Positions 7,046-16,107 of a DNA stretch of 37,721 bases are shown here, piece after piece. Origin of the DNA: a virus (taxonomy: Duplodnaviria; Caudoviricetes); IMG/VR virus record IMGVR_UViG_3300005323_000071, positions 1 to 37,721 of that record. One strand, given 5' to 3'. A program made the translations under genes and the position numbers. Each line of letters begins with the position of its first letter. The first letter of the stretch is position 1. The notes beneath the pieces were generated by a model. It was not told where the DNA came from and made no database searches. It saw only the letters and a program-made list of their open reading frames with translations.

Positions 7046-7207
7046 ATGAAGGCAGGCCCAACCCTCAGCGATGCCAAGGGCGCGAAGCGGATCCGGAAAC
7101 TACAGGACTCGGTGCTGAACTTGCAGATGCAGGTACTAGAGAAACTGGATTGCATCGCAGTAATGGAGCACGAGATTAAGGTAATGCGGGAAAGCAAAGC
7201 GGAGTGA
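7046..7207 (+). CDS. Small coiled-coil protein
   Basis: MKAGPTLSD...; heptad-like IRKLQDSVLNLQMQVLEKL; start uncertain. Confidence 0.55.
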   Translation: MKAGPTLSDAKGAKRIRKLQDSVLNLQMQVLEKLDCIAVMEHEIKVMRESKAE

Positions 7208-7211
7208 GAGG

Positions 7212-7694
7212 ATGCCAAGAGTCTGCACTATCTGCGCACACAAGGATCGAAACAAGATCGATTCAGCCATCGCCGTTGATGGTGCGATATTACGCACAAT
7301 AGCGCACCAATACGACTTATCAGAAAGTGCATTAAAACGGCATGTAAAGAACAATCACGTTTCTGAACAGATAGCGAAGGCAGAGCACATCAATGAGGTC
7401 ATCCATGCTGATGGAGTGCTCACCGAAATGGGGAGGATCAAAAAGGAAACGTGGCTTATCCATAAAGAATGCAGAGAACGGAAACGAAAAGACAAAGAGG
7501 GCAAGGAGTCAAACGATCCGGACAATGAACTGGCATTAAAGGCACTCGCTCGGCTAGAGAAACAACTGGAGATCGAAAGCAAGGTTTTGGGGGTTGTCAA
7601 GGATCCCCCTCAAAATAGCCCCGTAACTGTGAACCTCAATATTGCCGAGGAGGTGAAGAAACTTGTCGGAATCCTGCCCGCTGTTAAAACCTGA
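7212..7694 (+). CDS. terS: Terminase small subunit (N-terminal CxxC-H plus HTH)
   Basis: MPRVCTICAH...LRTIAHQYDLSESALKRH HTH, helical core, position immediately before TerL. Confidence 0.75.
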   Translation: MPRVCTICAHKDRNKIDSAIAVDGAILRTIAHQYDLSESALKRHVKNNHVSEQIAKAEHINEVIHADGVLTEMGRIKKETWLIHKECRERKRKDKEGKESNDPDNELALKALARLEKQLEIESKVLGVVKDPPQNSPVTVNLNIAEEVKKLVGILPAVKT

Positions 7695-7704
7695 ACAGGA
7701 GCCG

Positions 7705-8979
7705 ATGGTTACCCGATACCTCCAGACTGTGAGGTTTAATAAGTATATCCCGCACGAACCCACAGAAAAGCAGGCGCTCTTTCTCCTGCATGATCATATT
7801 CCAGAGATCCTTTACGGCGGATCAGCGGGCGGGGGGAAATCCGATGCCCTCTTAATGGCAGCTCTTCAATATGTCCATGTTCCAGGGTATGCCGCTCTGT
7901 TATTGCGTCGTACTTTCCCGGATCTCTCTCTCCCTGAAGCCATCATGAGCCGGTCCTTTGAGTGGCTGCAAAACACCGATGCACACTGGCACGACAAGGA
8001 AAAGACCTGGAACTTCCCGAGCGGGGCAACTCTTACCTTTGGATATCTTGATGCACCACGGGATCACTATCGGTATCAAGGATCCGCGTTTCAATATATC
8101 GGCTTCGATGAATTGACCCAGTTTAAGGAGAACCAGTACCTTTACCTCCATTCGCGGTTGCGGAGGCTGTCGGGCTCTGATGTTCCGTTAAGGATGCGGG
8201 CAGCCAGTAACCCGGGTGATATCGGGCACGAGTGGGTAAAGGCTCGGTTCATCACATCAGCGCAGAACACCGAGAGGATGTTTATCCCGGCATCGCTGGA
8301 CGATAACCCGCACCTGGACCGGGAATCCTATATTCAATCGTTGATGAAACTAGATCCGATCACCCGGGAGCAGTTATTATCTGGTAACTGGGATGTCCGG
8401 CCCGAAGGCGGACTATTTAAACGGGAATGGTTGAAACTCACCGATGCAGTACCCCGAAACATGCCGCTATGCCGGTACTGGGATAAAGCGGCGACGGAAG
8501 GTGGGGGGGATTGGACCGCCGGGGCATTGGTTGGCATCGATCACGGCAGGGTCTATGTGCTGGATGTCAAACGCACCCAGAGCCGGCCGGCTGGAGTTGA
8601 GGCGCTGATCTATCAGACCGCTCAGCTGGACGGCCCTGAGGTGATGATACGCATGGAGCAGGAGCCCGGCAGCGCAGGAGTGGACGTGATCGACCATTAC
8701 GCCCGGCAGGTGCTGGTAGGCTATAACTTCAAGGGCATCAAGAGCACGGGCAGCAAAGTGAGCCGGGCAGCGGCATTAAGCACAGCAGCAGAGCAGGGCA
8801 ATCTATTCATTTTGCACGGGCAGTTTACAGGGGCACTTATGGACGAACTGGCATTATTTCCAACAGAAGGAGCACATGATGATCAGGTCGATGCAGTCAG
8901 CGGCGGGTATAACGCCCTGGCATTGCGGGCAAATGGAGGATTCCGGGCAGCCGGGAGAAAGATGGAGAGTAAGACATGA
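7705..8979 (+). CDS. terL: Terminase large subunit
   Basis: Walker A YGGSAGGGKS, Walker B IGFDELTQF, ASNPG coupling motif, RNase H-like YWD...D and HDDQVDA; start ATG 7705 after AGGAG. Confidence 0.96.
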   Translation: MVTRYLQTVRFNKYIPHEPTEKQALFLLHDHIPEILYGGSAGGGKSDALLMAALQYVHVPGYAALLLRRTFPDLSLPEAIMSRSFEWLQNTDAHWHDKEKTWNFPSGATLTFGYLDAPRDHYRYQGSAFQYIGFDELTQFKENQYLYLHSRLRRLSGSDVPLRMRAASNPGDIGHEWVKARFITSAQNTERMFIPASLDDNPHLDRESYIQSLMKLDPITREQLLSGNWDVRPEGGLFKREWLKLTDAVPRNMPLCRYWDKAATEGGGDWTAGALVGIDHGRVYVLDVKRTQSRPAGVEALIYQTAQLDGPEVMIRMEQEPGSAGVDVIDHYARQVLVGYNFKGIKSTGSKVSRAAALSTAAEQGNLFILHGQFTGALMDELALFPTEGAHDDQVDAVSGGYNALALRANGGFRAAGRKMESKT

Positions 8980-9209
8980 CTGACGATAGACGCGAAACAA
9001 TTGTGGCATGCTATGCCACAGATTGCCGCTATAACCAACCAAACGGCATTGAACCGACATGCAATCTGAAAATCATTGGTATAGGGCTCGGGGGAAAATG
9101 CAAGACATTTGAATATCCACCAAACACAAAACCGCAATGCATTACCCCGCTTGTTATCAAGCCCGGGGGAACGGAACCCGGCACAACGAGTATATTGAGG
9201 GTACCATGA
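8976..9209 (+). CDS. Small Cys-rich protein (DUF1540-like pattern)
   Basis: CYATDCRYN...C...I.IG..GKCKTFE. Confidence 0.6.
   Translation: MTDDRRETIVACYATDCRYNQPNGIEPTCNLKIIGIGLGGKCKTFEYPPNTKPQCITPLVIKPGGTEPGTTSILRVP
9163..9181 (+). repeat. 19-bp hairpin repeat CCGGG-GGAACGGAA-CCCGG, copy 1
   Basis: Identical to 37024-37042. Confidence 0.85.
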
Positions 9210-10654
9210 GAATTGACGTATTAGGTAAGCGGCTCCTCAGCATCAACGAAGGACCGACAGAGGATGTAAAGTCAGTGGCAAAAGCCCGGGACTGGAGGAT
9301 CGCGGGGCAGGGATCGATGTATATCCCGGATCTCACCCAGGATCCGAACCGGACCTTCAAGAAGATGCGGGATCTCCGGCACATCTACCTTCAGGGGGCG
9401 TACATCTCTGAGGGCGTGGACCTTTACCCACTGTACACTATCGGAGCGGGCTACACGCTGGAGATTGACGAGGACAAGAAGAGCAAACCGACGGTATCTG
9501 ATGATCCCAACGCGAATACCGAGAAAGTATTATCCCCTGCAGAGATTGCCAAAAAGGACGTCGAAGATTTCCTCACCGGCATCAACGTCTATGACATTAC
9601 ATGGCAGATGATGGTTGACGCTATCACGGTCCGGGATGGTCTCGCGGAGATCGTGCTCGGTCGGGGAGAGATGAGAGAGAAGCCCGTGAACGTCATCCCC
9701 CGGCCGGCTGAGTGTTTCGAGTTCGACACCGATAAGAGCGGCGCGATCCTGCGATACATCCAGCGGAACGCCAACAACGGTGACTCGCTCGGTGCTCCGG
9801 TACCTCTGGAGAAAAAGCAGGTCCTGCACTACCAGTTCATGAGCCGCCCTGATTCCCCGTATGGCATCTCCCTGATCGAGCGGGTGATCCACGATATCAA
9901 GCGCGATACCCGCGTGATTGAGGCCACGGCGAATGGCATCTGTCTGCACGGCACCCCAAAATGGCAGATCGCGCTGAATAAGAACCGCCCCGACGCTGCA
10001 AAGTCTTCAGATGCCGATTGGACTGCGTTCAAGAAAGAGTTTGAAAATATCAACGCTCTTGATAATTTCCCCACAGAGGGCGACATTGAGATGATCATGC
10101 ACGATACGGCAGGAGTGCCCAACGTGCAGCAATACTCAGATGTCTCGCTTACCCGCGTGGTTTCAGGCATGGGTATACCGGGTGAACTGCTCGGACTCCG
10201 GCAGGGCACCACGGACGCAACCGCCGTTACTCGCGTTGGTGCGTTTTTCAAGAAGATTAAGAGCTGCCAGCGTGACGTTGAACAGATGTGGAATATTGTG
10301 ATCGACATGCGCACCGGTGTTCCCGGGCTCGTGAAGATGAAACTTAACGATACGGACCCGCAAGACTTTGCAAAGATGGCAACGGCAATATCTCAACTCA
10401 GGACCGGCACCGATCCGGATGCGGTATGCCCGGCCGACTGGTGCAGGGAACAGCTCGGGATCCCAGAGGATGAACGAAGCGATGAGGAGAAACCGAAACG
10501 GCAGGAGAACCCATTCCAAGAACCCCAGAATCCCTTCCTTGAACGGTTGGATAGAGATTACCCGACAACCCCGCTGGAACGTCAGAAACTTGCATCAGAG
10601 AAGGAGATGGCAGCAGCGGCGCACGAACTGGCAGAGGCGGTAAGGAAGGGATAA
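9206..10654 (+). CDS. Portal protein
   Basis: Position after TerL, size ~480 aa, GDG/RDG-type motif (VRDGLAEIV), VLHY...SPYGISLIE motif, GMGIPGELLG; start ATG 9206 after GAGG. Confidence 0.9.
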   Translation: MRIDVLGKRLLSINEGPTEDVKSVAKARDWRIAGQGSMYIPDLTQDPNRTFKKMRDLRHIYLQGAYISEGVDLYPLYTIGAGYTLEIDEDKKSKPTVSDDPNANTEKVLSPAEIAKKDVEDFLTGINVYDITWQMMVDAITVRDGLAEIVLGRGEMREKPVNVIPRPAECFEFDTDKSGAILRYIQRNANNGDSLGAPVPLEKKQVLHYQFMSRPDSPYGISLIERVIHDIKRDTRVIEATANGICLHGTPKWQIALNKNRPDAAKSSDADWTAFKKEFENINALDNFPTEGDIEMIMHDTAGVPNVQQYSDVSLTRVVSGMGIPGELLGLRQGTTDATAVTRVGAFFKKIKSCQRDVEQMWNIVIDMRTGVPGLVKMKLNDTDPQDFAKMATAISQLRTGTDPDAVCPADWCREQLGIPEDERSDEEKPKRQENPFQEPQNPFLERLDRDYPTTPLERQKLASEKEMAAAAHELAEAVRKG

Positions 10655-10656
10655 GT

Positions 10657-10806
10657 ATGGTCGATGGATGCAGAACCAAACCGCCTCTTTGTGCAATCAA
10701 AGAGCCATGCCCACATCCTTTGGAATCCGGTCCTTGCATTATGTGTTACCATTTTGCCACAACGCCAACATGCGGATATCCGTATCCATCGGAACGAACG
10801 ACATGA
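10657..10806 (+). CDS. Cys/Pro-rich microprotein (49 aa)
   Basis: Read manually: MVDGCRTKPPLCAIKEPCPHPLESGPCIMCYHF...; fills the gap and overlaps ATG 10803. Confidence 0.45.
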   Translation: MVDGCRTKPPLCAIKEPCPHPLESGPCIMCYHFATTPTCGYPYPSERTT

Positions 10807-11642
10807 TCCCAGCCGTACTTTCCCGGGCTATCACCCGCTTCACCACTGCAACCATCGGGTACCAGAAGGTCAGGGACAAAGACCGCATCGCCCGCAACCA
10901 TGAGCAGCACCTTCGCGCATTCTTCGAGGAGCAGGGCCGGCTTACCCTCATGCACTTTACCCGGATGCGTGAGTACTTCCCGCCCGATATCCCGATCAAG
11001 GCGCTGGAAGCCGGTAACCCGATCAAAACCGAAGCACTGAAGAAACTGAATAAGATGTGGTCCGATATTGAGAAAGAGACCGATGAGGACTTACAAAACG
11101 TTATTCTAGGTGTTGAAAAGGACGGCATCTTATCTGGCGCTGATCAACTCAAAGGACAACTGAAGTACGATCCAAAGACCACGTTCAGCCTCGCCAATCC
11201 CCGGGCCGTGAAGTATTTCAAGGAAACGGGCGGATCGCTGAAATACATCAAAGATATCCAGGATACGACAAAGGGCAGCCTTCAGCGGCTCATGGTTACG
11301 GCTCTTGGTGAAGGATGGTCGTATAATCAAGCCGGGCAGGAGATCAGGAAACTATTCGACGGTCCGATCAGCAGGGACCGCGCCCGGCTCATTGCAGTAA
11401 ACGAGAGCGCCCGAGCGTATGAGACCGGGAATCACATCTTCGCACAGTCCATTCAAGAAGACGGCGTGAAGATGGAGAAGAGTTGGCAGAATAGCGGGGA
11501 TGGGAAGGTATCAGACGGATGTTTGGAGAACAGCGCAGCAGGGTGGATACCTATCGATGAGGATTTCCCATCGGGCGATCAGGAGCCCCCGCGCTTCCCC
11601 GGTTGCCGCTGTTGGGCAATATACCGTGAGGCACGAGCATGA
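10803..11642 (+). CDS. Minor head / head morphogenesis protein (Mu gpF / SPP1 gp7 family)
   Basis: RARLIAVNESARAY, KSW...GD, C-terminal FPSG...PPRFPGCRC. Confidence 0.88.
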   Translation: MIPAVLSRAITRFTTATIGYQKVRDKDRIARNHEQHLRAFFEEQGRLTLMHFTRMREYFPPDIPIKALEAGNPIKTEALKKLNKMWSDIEKETDEDLQNVILGVEKDGILSGADQLKGQLKYDPKTTFSLANPRAVKYFKETGGSLKYIKDIQDTTKGSLQRLMVTALGEGWSYNQAGQEIRKLFDGPISRDRARLIAVNESARAYETGNHIFAQSIQEDGVKMEKSWQNSGDGKVSDGCLENSAAGWIPIDEDFPSGDQEPPRFPGCRCWAIYREARA

Positions 11643-12397
11643 AATCACTACTTATCAAATTCAGGAATCGGATCCTTAAATGGATGGGAACATCAGGAGA
11701 TATCGACGGGTTGAACTGGATTCCCGAATGGGAAAAGGCGAGCACCGCAACGATCATGTTTCACTGGCTCATGAAAGAACCGCTCCGGAAGATGGTGCAG
11801 ATCATGCCCGATATCCCGCAGGCATGGATCGACAACCTCACCGGCAACCAGAAGATCCTCTATGATATCGCAAAGGAATGCTGGTACGATTGCGATCAAT
11901 CAAACGAACGGCGTGAAAAACTCTGGAAGATCTGGGTTTACGGCCTGATCTTCTGGCACCAGGACGAGGCAGCGGAACCATTCGACCGGCTCCTCTACGA
12001 GATCCTTCAGAACCGCGATCGATTCTTTATCCAGACTGGCCGGCTCGACCCGATGAACTGGTACATGGACCACAATCCGGGGATCTCACCAAGTCCGATG
12101 CCCTACGCGAAGCACCTTGAAACCGATGCTGGGAGAAGGCTGCACATCAGCCTAGACGATCCTGCGGTGCGGTTCGACACGCTCACCCGGGATGATGTGA
12201 TCGTATTGCTGGAACGTCCGGCCCGTGGCTTCGTGTGCCTGCGAGACGCTGAAGGGAAGCCGCTCTATACGGTGATCAACCGTTTTGAGTACACGAAACT
12301 CCCAACAGGCGGGTACCAGTACAATATCGCAGGAAAGACAGCTGCGCTCTACGAGGCAACGAACATGGCGAATGTGATTGAAAGCGGAGGCGATTAA
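11639..12397 (+). CDS. Hypothetical protein in head module (252 aa)
   Basis: Long coupled ORF; no recognised motif. Confidence 0.75.
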   Translation: MKSLLIKFRNRILKWMGTSGDIDGLNWIPEWEKASTATIMFHWLMKEPLRKMVQIMPDIPQAWIDNLTGNQKILYDIAKECWYDCDQSNERREKLWKIWVYGLIFWHQDEAAEPFDRLLYEILQNRDRFFIQTGRLDPMNWYMDHNPGISPSPMPYAKHLETDAGRRLHISLDDPAVRFDTLTRDDVIVLLERPARGFVCLRDAEGKPLYTVINRFEYTKLPTGGYQYNIAGKTAALYEATNMANVIESGGD

Positions 12398-12683
12398 AAT
12401 AGCACAGGGATACCCGGTAAAAGAAGAAGAGCAGCGGAAGATCTGGGAACTGCATAAACTCGGCTATTTCCCGGTGGTGATTGCCCGGCATCTGTCGGAT
12501 CGGTACGCTCACCTTAACGGGGGATATCGCAGCGCCGAGACCGTGAAAGACACGATCAAGATGATGGAGCAGCGCGAGGCAACGATGGGTGAGGCGGTGC
12601 CGGAAGAGTTGCCCGTGCTCTCTCAGGAATCTGAGAAAAAGAAAGTGCCAGATATGCGGAAGGGCAACGGGAAGAGAAAATAA
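12378..12683 (+). CDS. Putative HTH DNA-binding protein
   Basis: EEQRKIWELHKLGYFPVVIARHL...RSAETVKDTI resembles an HTH; start uncertain. Confidence 0.55.
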   Translation: MKAEAIKIAQGYPVKEEEQRKIWELHKLGYFPVVIARHLSDRYAHLNGGYRSAETVKDTIKMMEQREATMGEAVPEELPVLSQESEKKKVPDMRKGNGKRK

Positions 12684-12699
12684 TTACCTTCAATCATAC

Positions 12700-12705
12700 T
12701 TTTTT
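12700..12705 (+). terminator. Oligo-T archaeal-type terminator candidate
   Basis: T6 tract 17 nt after the stop at 12683. Confidence 0.4.
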
Positions 12706-12741
12706 GTGATTTCACCGAGATCGATATTACTGTCATTAATA

Positions 12742-12757
12742 AGAAACCCGTTTATAT
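12742..12757 (+). promoter_or_regulatory. Archaeal BRE/TATA promoter for the capsid operon
   Basis: AGAAACCCG-TTTATAT, with the TATA box 28 nt before ATG 12779 (leaderless-type geometry). Confidence 0.55.
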
Positions 12758-12778
12758 CCTTACCGTTCCTATTATAGT

Positions 12779-13993
12779 ATGCCAGAATTGGCAGCCGATT
12801 CTTCTATCCCTGATACAACCATCCACACCGGAGGAGCCCCGCAGGCCGCTTCCGGCACCGTTCAACATATCAGGGCGCTTGCAATGCCCTTCAGTAAAGG
12901 GTCAATGATTACCGAGCCAGACGGATCTCTTTTGATCAAAGACGTTCCCATGCTGGCAGAAGGAGTGTGGACCGACAGCGCAGTTGGCACACCGTTGAAT
13001 TACATCCCCCGCACCCTTGAAGCGGATGCGACAAACTGGCTGGATAACTCCGGCTGGAATCGTCATGTCGGGAAAGTTCCCCGGGCATCCACTGATAAGG
13101 TGGGGGAGGCAGTAAACCCGCATTTCGGGCGCTTCACTGGTAATGATGGACGAGAACATGCAGCCGTCATATCTGATGTACGGGTATGGCCCTGGACCCA
13201 GAACCAGCGCGATATGCAGGAAATGATCAGGCATAACCTGATCTCTTTTGTCTCGGTTGAACACACCGGCCCGGAACAGTATAACACTGAAACCCGGCAG
13301 ATGGAATCAGCCGGGCTTACTTTCACCGGGTTTGCATTCGTCAACAAAGGCGCGTGCAAACTTTGCCGGCTCAATGAGGAACCCATGTTAAAGAAAGACA
13401 ACTCTCTCGAAGGATTGCAGGTGATTCTCCAGAGCGCTCTTGACAAAAAATTCAAACCCGCCGCATCAGGGGATTACGTCTCAACCCCGTGGATTGTAAT
13501 GACATTCCCGGATCGCGTGATCTATTCCTACGATGGGAAGAAATTTGAGGCTCCGTATATGATCGAATCTGATTCGGTCACGCTCGGAACTCCCGTTGAG
13601 GTGGAAGAAGTATATGTTGAGAAAAAGGCGCTTGAACGGTTCCCAGGGGCCGATCCCAAAGAACTGATGGCAGCAATCCAGAAAAAGCAGGACAGAACTA
13701 TGGCAGACACCAAAGAACTTGAAGACAAGATCGCCGCGCTCACCAAAGAGCTCGAAGCGACCAGAACCGCACCGAAGGCCGCGCCCGTGATGGAGATCCC
13801 GAAGGAACTCTCTGAAGCGCTCGGCACGATCAAGGAACTCTCCAGCAAGATCGACGCACAGGCTGCGCAGATCAAGGCGCTGGAGCAGGACGGCACACCA
13901 AAAACCGACGGAACCCCCGGCAAGGAGCTCGAAGAGCCTATCAATGCACGGATCGCCATTGACCGAAAGGCCGGTACTATCAGGAGCGTGTGA
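12779..13993 (+). CDS. Prohead protease fused to C-terminal scaffold
   Basis: Position before decoration protein/MCP; VPMLAEGVW, H, FVSVE, AFVNKGAC protease-type blocks; C-terminal KEL-rich coiled coil. Confidence 0.8.
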   Translation: MPELAADSSIPDTTIHTGGAPQAASGTVQHIRALAMPFSKGSMITEPDGSLLIKDVPMLAEGVWTDSAVGTPLNYIPRTLEADATNWLDNSGWNRHVGKVPRASTDKVGEAVNPHFGRFTGNDGREHAAVISDVRVWPWTQNQRDMQEMIRHNLISFVSVEHTGPEQYNTETRQMESAGLTFTGFAFVNKGACKLCRLNEEPMLKKDNSLEGLQVILQSALDKKFKPAASGDYVSTPWIVMTFPDRVIYSYDGKKFEAPYMIESDSVTLGTPVEVEEVYVEKKALERFPGADPKELMAAIQKKQDRTMADTKELEDKIAALTKELEATRTAPKAAPVMEIPKELSEALGTIKELSSKIDAQAAQIKALEQDGTPKTDGTPGKELEEPINARIAIDRKAGTIRSV

Positions 13994-13995
13994 TC

Positions 13996-14463
13996 ATGGC
14001 AGATATCTCAGCATTCCCAACCATCACGCAGGTATGCGACCAGGGGCACGACAAAGCACGGGCATACAAGGCCGGTGCCGCAATCAAGGCCGGACAGGTT
14101 GTTGCCTTCGCTCTTACTGGCGTAACTGACACCGTGCACCCGGCAGTAAAGGGAGTTACCGGCACCGTTGCAGGTGTCGCACTCTATGATATCGCTTCCG
14201 GTGCGTGGGGCACAGTCCTCAAGAACGGCGCTATTGTCTATGTAGCCAACGCTGACGACACCACAGGCATCGATGCAGGCGCATTTGTCGAATGCAACGA
14301 TAATGCAGTGGGTGGAACCGTTTCCGCCGCATCGCAGGAAGTCACATCAGCCGGGGAACTTACCGGGACTGTTGTTGGAATTGCACAGGAGGACATCGCA
14401 GGCGGTGCAACCGGAAGGATCGAAATCAGTATCCAGTACGGACCGACCGGGAGCTCTTCGTGA
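13996..14463 (+). CDS. Capsid decoration/cement protein
   Basis: Ala/Gly/Val-rich beta protein (AGAAIKAGQVV, VAGVALYDIASG, VVGIAQEDIAGG) between scaffold and MCP. Confidence 0.75.
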   Translation: MADISAFPTITQVCDQGHDKARAYKAGAAIKAGQVVAFALTGVTDTVHPAVKGVTGTVAGVALYDIASGAWGTVLKNGAIVYVANADDTTGIDAGAFVECNDNAVGGTVSAASQEVTSAGELTGTVVGIAQEDIAGGATGRIEISIQYGPTGSSS

Positions 14464-14468
14464 TTACC

Positions 14469-15533
14469 ATGACTGAACAGATTTCAACCTACAAACCTAC
14501 CGGCACCGATACCGTCCCGATGCGGGAAGACAACGTGCATATCCGGGCACTCTCCGACGCCTTCGCTATGATGTTCGCCGGAACGAGTGAAGCCCGTGAA
14601 CTTGCAGAGCGCCGGATCCCCCGTCACCTCACCGTTGATGTTGACGGCAAGATCCACAACGCCCGGGAGCTGGTCCTCTCGGAAGGTATCGCAAACACCC
14701 CGCTCGTGCAGATCCAGTACCTCAACACTGTCATGGAGGGCGCCCAGTACGTCCGCTGTGCCCGGGGAATGCTTCGCACTGAGAGCATGAGCAAGGGGAA
14801 CACTCTCCGCCTGCCCTTTGCAGGTGCAGCGACCGGCATCGCCCCGGAAGTTCCCGAAGGTGCACCGTACCGGAACAGTAACGGCACGTACTCATACCGT
14901 GACTTCACCATCAAGAAGTACGGCGAGGTTGCCCCGATCACCGATGAGATGATCAGCGATTCTCTGTACAACACAATGGCGATGGAGGTCGCAATGCTCG
15001 GCCAGCACATCGAAAATGCCCTGAACTATGAGGCAATCGGAGTTATTGTTCAGAACGCGGGCCGGTCCTATGACACGCTCGGAACTGCTGCGAACCAGGG
15101 GATCAAGGCAATCGCAAAGGCAAAGCTCGAACTCGAAACCCGGGCACAGACCGGCGGCGGGTTCATGGCGGATTCGCTCATTGCAACCACAGACTTCAAC
15201 AGCGTGCTTGAGACCGAGATGCTGCTGACGAACTACTGGGGCGGGCAGTCCATCATAACCGGTGGGCAGCCTTCAGTCCTCGGCCTCTCGTACGGCAAGC
15301 ACAACGGCACGATCAACAGCGCCGCCTACGGAACCGCATGGAACTATCAGGATGATGGAGATACCGGTGCAATCGTGTTCAACCGAATGAGCGCGGGCGC
15401 GTACGTGATGCGCGAGGATGTCACCATTGAGGACTTCCGCGAACCGCTCCAGGATCTCACGACCAGCAAGGCACGGATCCGGTTCGGCGTGAACTACGGT
15501 ATCGCCAACGCAACCTGTCGGATCATCTACTAA
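14469..15533 (+). CDS. Major capsid protein (HK97 fold)
   Basis: APEVPEG, FTIKKYG...ITDEMISDS and C-terminal ARIRFGVNYGIANATCRI patterns; size ~355 aa. Confidence 0.92.
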   Translation: MTEQISTYKPTGTDTVPMREDNVHIRALSDAFAMMFAGTSEARELAERRIPRHLTVDVDGKIHNARELVLSEGIANTPLVQIQYLNTVMEGAQYVRCARGMLRTESMSKGNTLRLPFAGAATGIAPEVPEGAPYRNSNGTYSYRDFTIKKYGEVAPITDEMISDSLYNTMAMEVAMLGQHIENALNYEAIGVIVQNAGRSYDTLGTAANQGIKAIAKAKLELETRAQTGGGFMADSLIATTDFNSVLETEMLLTNYWGGQSIITGGQPSVLGLSYGKHNGTINSAAYGTAWNYQDDGDTGAIVFNRMSAGAYVMREDVTIEDFREPLQDLTTSKARIRFGVNYGIANATCRIIY

Positions 15534-15534
15534 T

Positions 15535-15549
15535 CCCTTTTTTGAGGGG
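15535..15549 (+). terminator. Terminator/attenuator after MCP
   Basis: CCCT-TTTTTG-AGGG hairpin containing a T tract immediately after the stop. Confidence 0.5.
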
Positions 15550-15554
15550 TTAGA

Positions 15555-15722
15555 ATGGTCCTGACATCTGAAAACACGGCGCTGATCACACACCGTAAAC
15601 TGGATGAACTCAACGACGATTACGACAGCAATGCGGTTGTGATCAAGGTTATGAGCCAACCGATTGATCCGGACACCGATCCGGTACTGTTATGCGAGCG
15701 AAAGATTGCACGGGAGAGCTGA
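15555..15722 (+). CDS. Small hypothetical protein (55 aa)
   Basis: Read manually: MVLTSENTALITHRKLDELNDDYDSN...; GAGGGG RBS. Confidence 0.55.
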   Translation: MVLTSENTALITHRKLDELNDDYDSNAVVIKVMSQPIDPDTDPVLLCERKIARES

Positions 15723-15723
15723 A

Positions 15724-16107
15724 ATGGTATCGTATTGTTCCACAACCGAACTGATCAATGTCACTGGAAGCACCCGCAGCGCCACGATCCTTCAGGGTAT
15801 TATAGATGAGGCAGATCGTCAGATCAATCTCTATCTCCGCTCAAATGGCATCACCGGGGCATCTGGTGACGATCTGAAATCGATTTCCCTCACACTCTCA
15901 AAATCCGGACTTCTTGAATTCGGGCTTCAGGTAGGGGATCTTCAGGCATCAAACGGCGATTTCTCTTCTTCTGTGAATGTTACTGAAGCGGTAAAGGCGC
16001 TCAGGACATCTGCATATACCGCTCTCGATCAGTACATCGAGGCAAGCACAATTTCAGATAGTGGGGCAAACTTCCGCTGCTCTCGTGTAAGGGCGAGGTG
16101 CCATTAA
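15724..16107 (+). CDS. Head-tail adaptor (gp6/gp15-like)
   Basis: MVSYCSTTEL...IDEADRQINLYL pattern; position after MCP. Confidence 0.75.
   Translation: MVSYCSTTELINVTGSTRSATILQGIIDEADRQINLYLRSNGITGASGDDLKSISLTLSKSGLLEFGLQVGDLQASNGDFSSSVNVTEAVKALRTSAYTALDQYIEASTISDSGANFRCSRVRARCH

Noticed and set aside
15567-15583. 17-bp direct repeat TCTGAAAACACGGCGCT also at 18008-18024 (both encode SENTAL)
   Set aside because: Only two copies, both inside coding sequence, with no symmetry or positional logic; could be chance or an old duplication.
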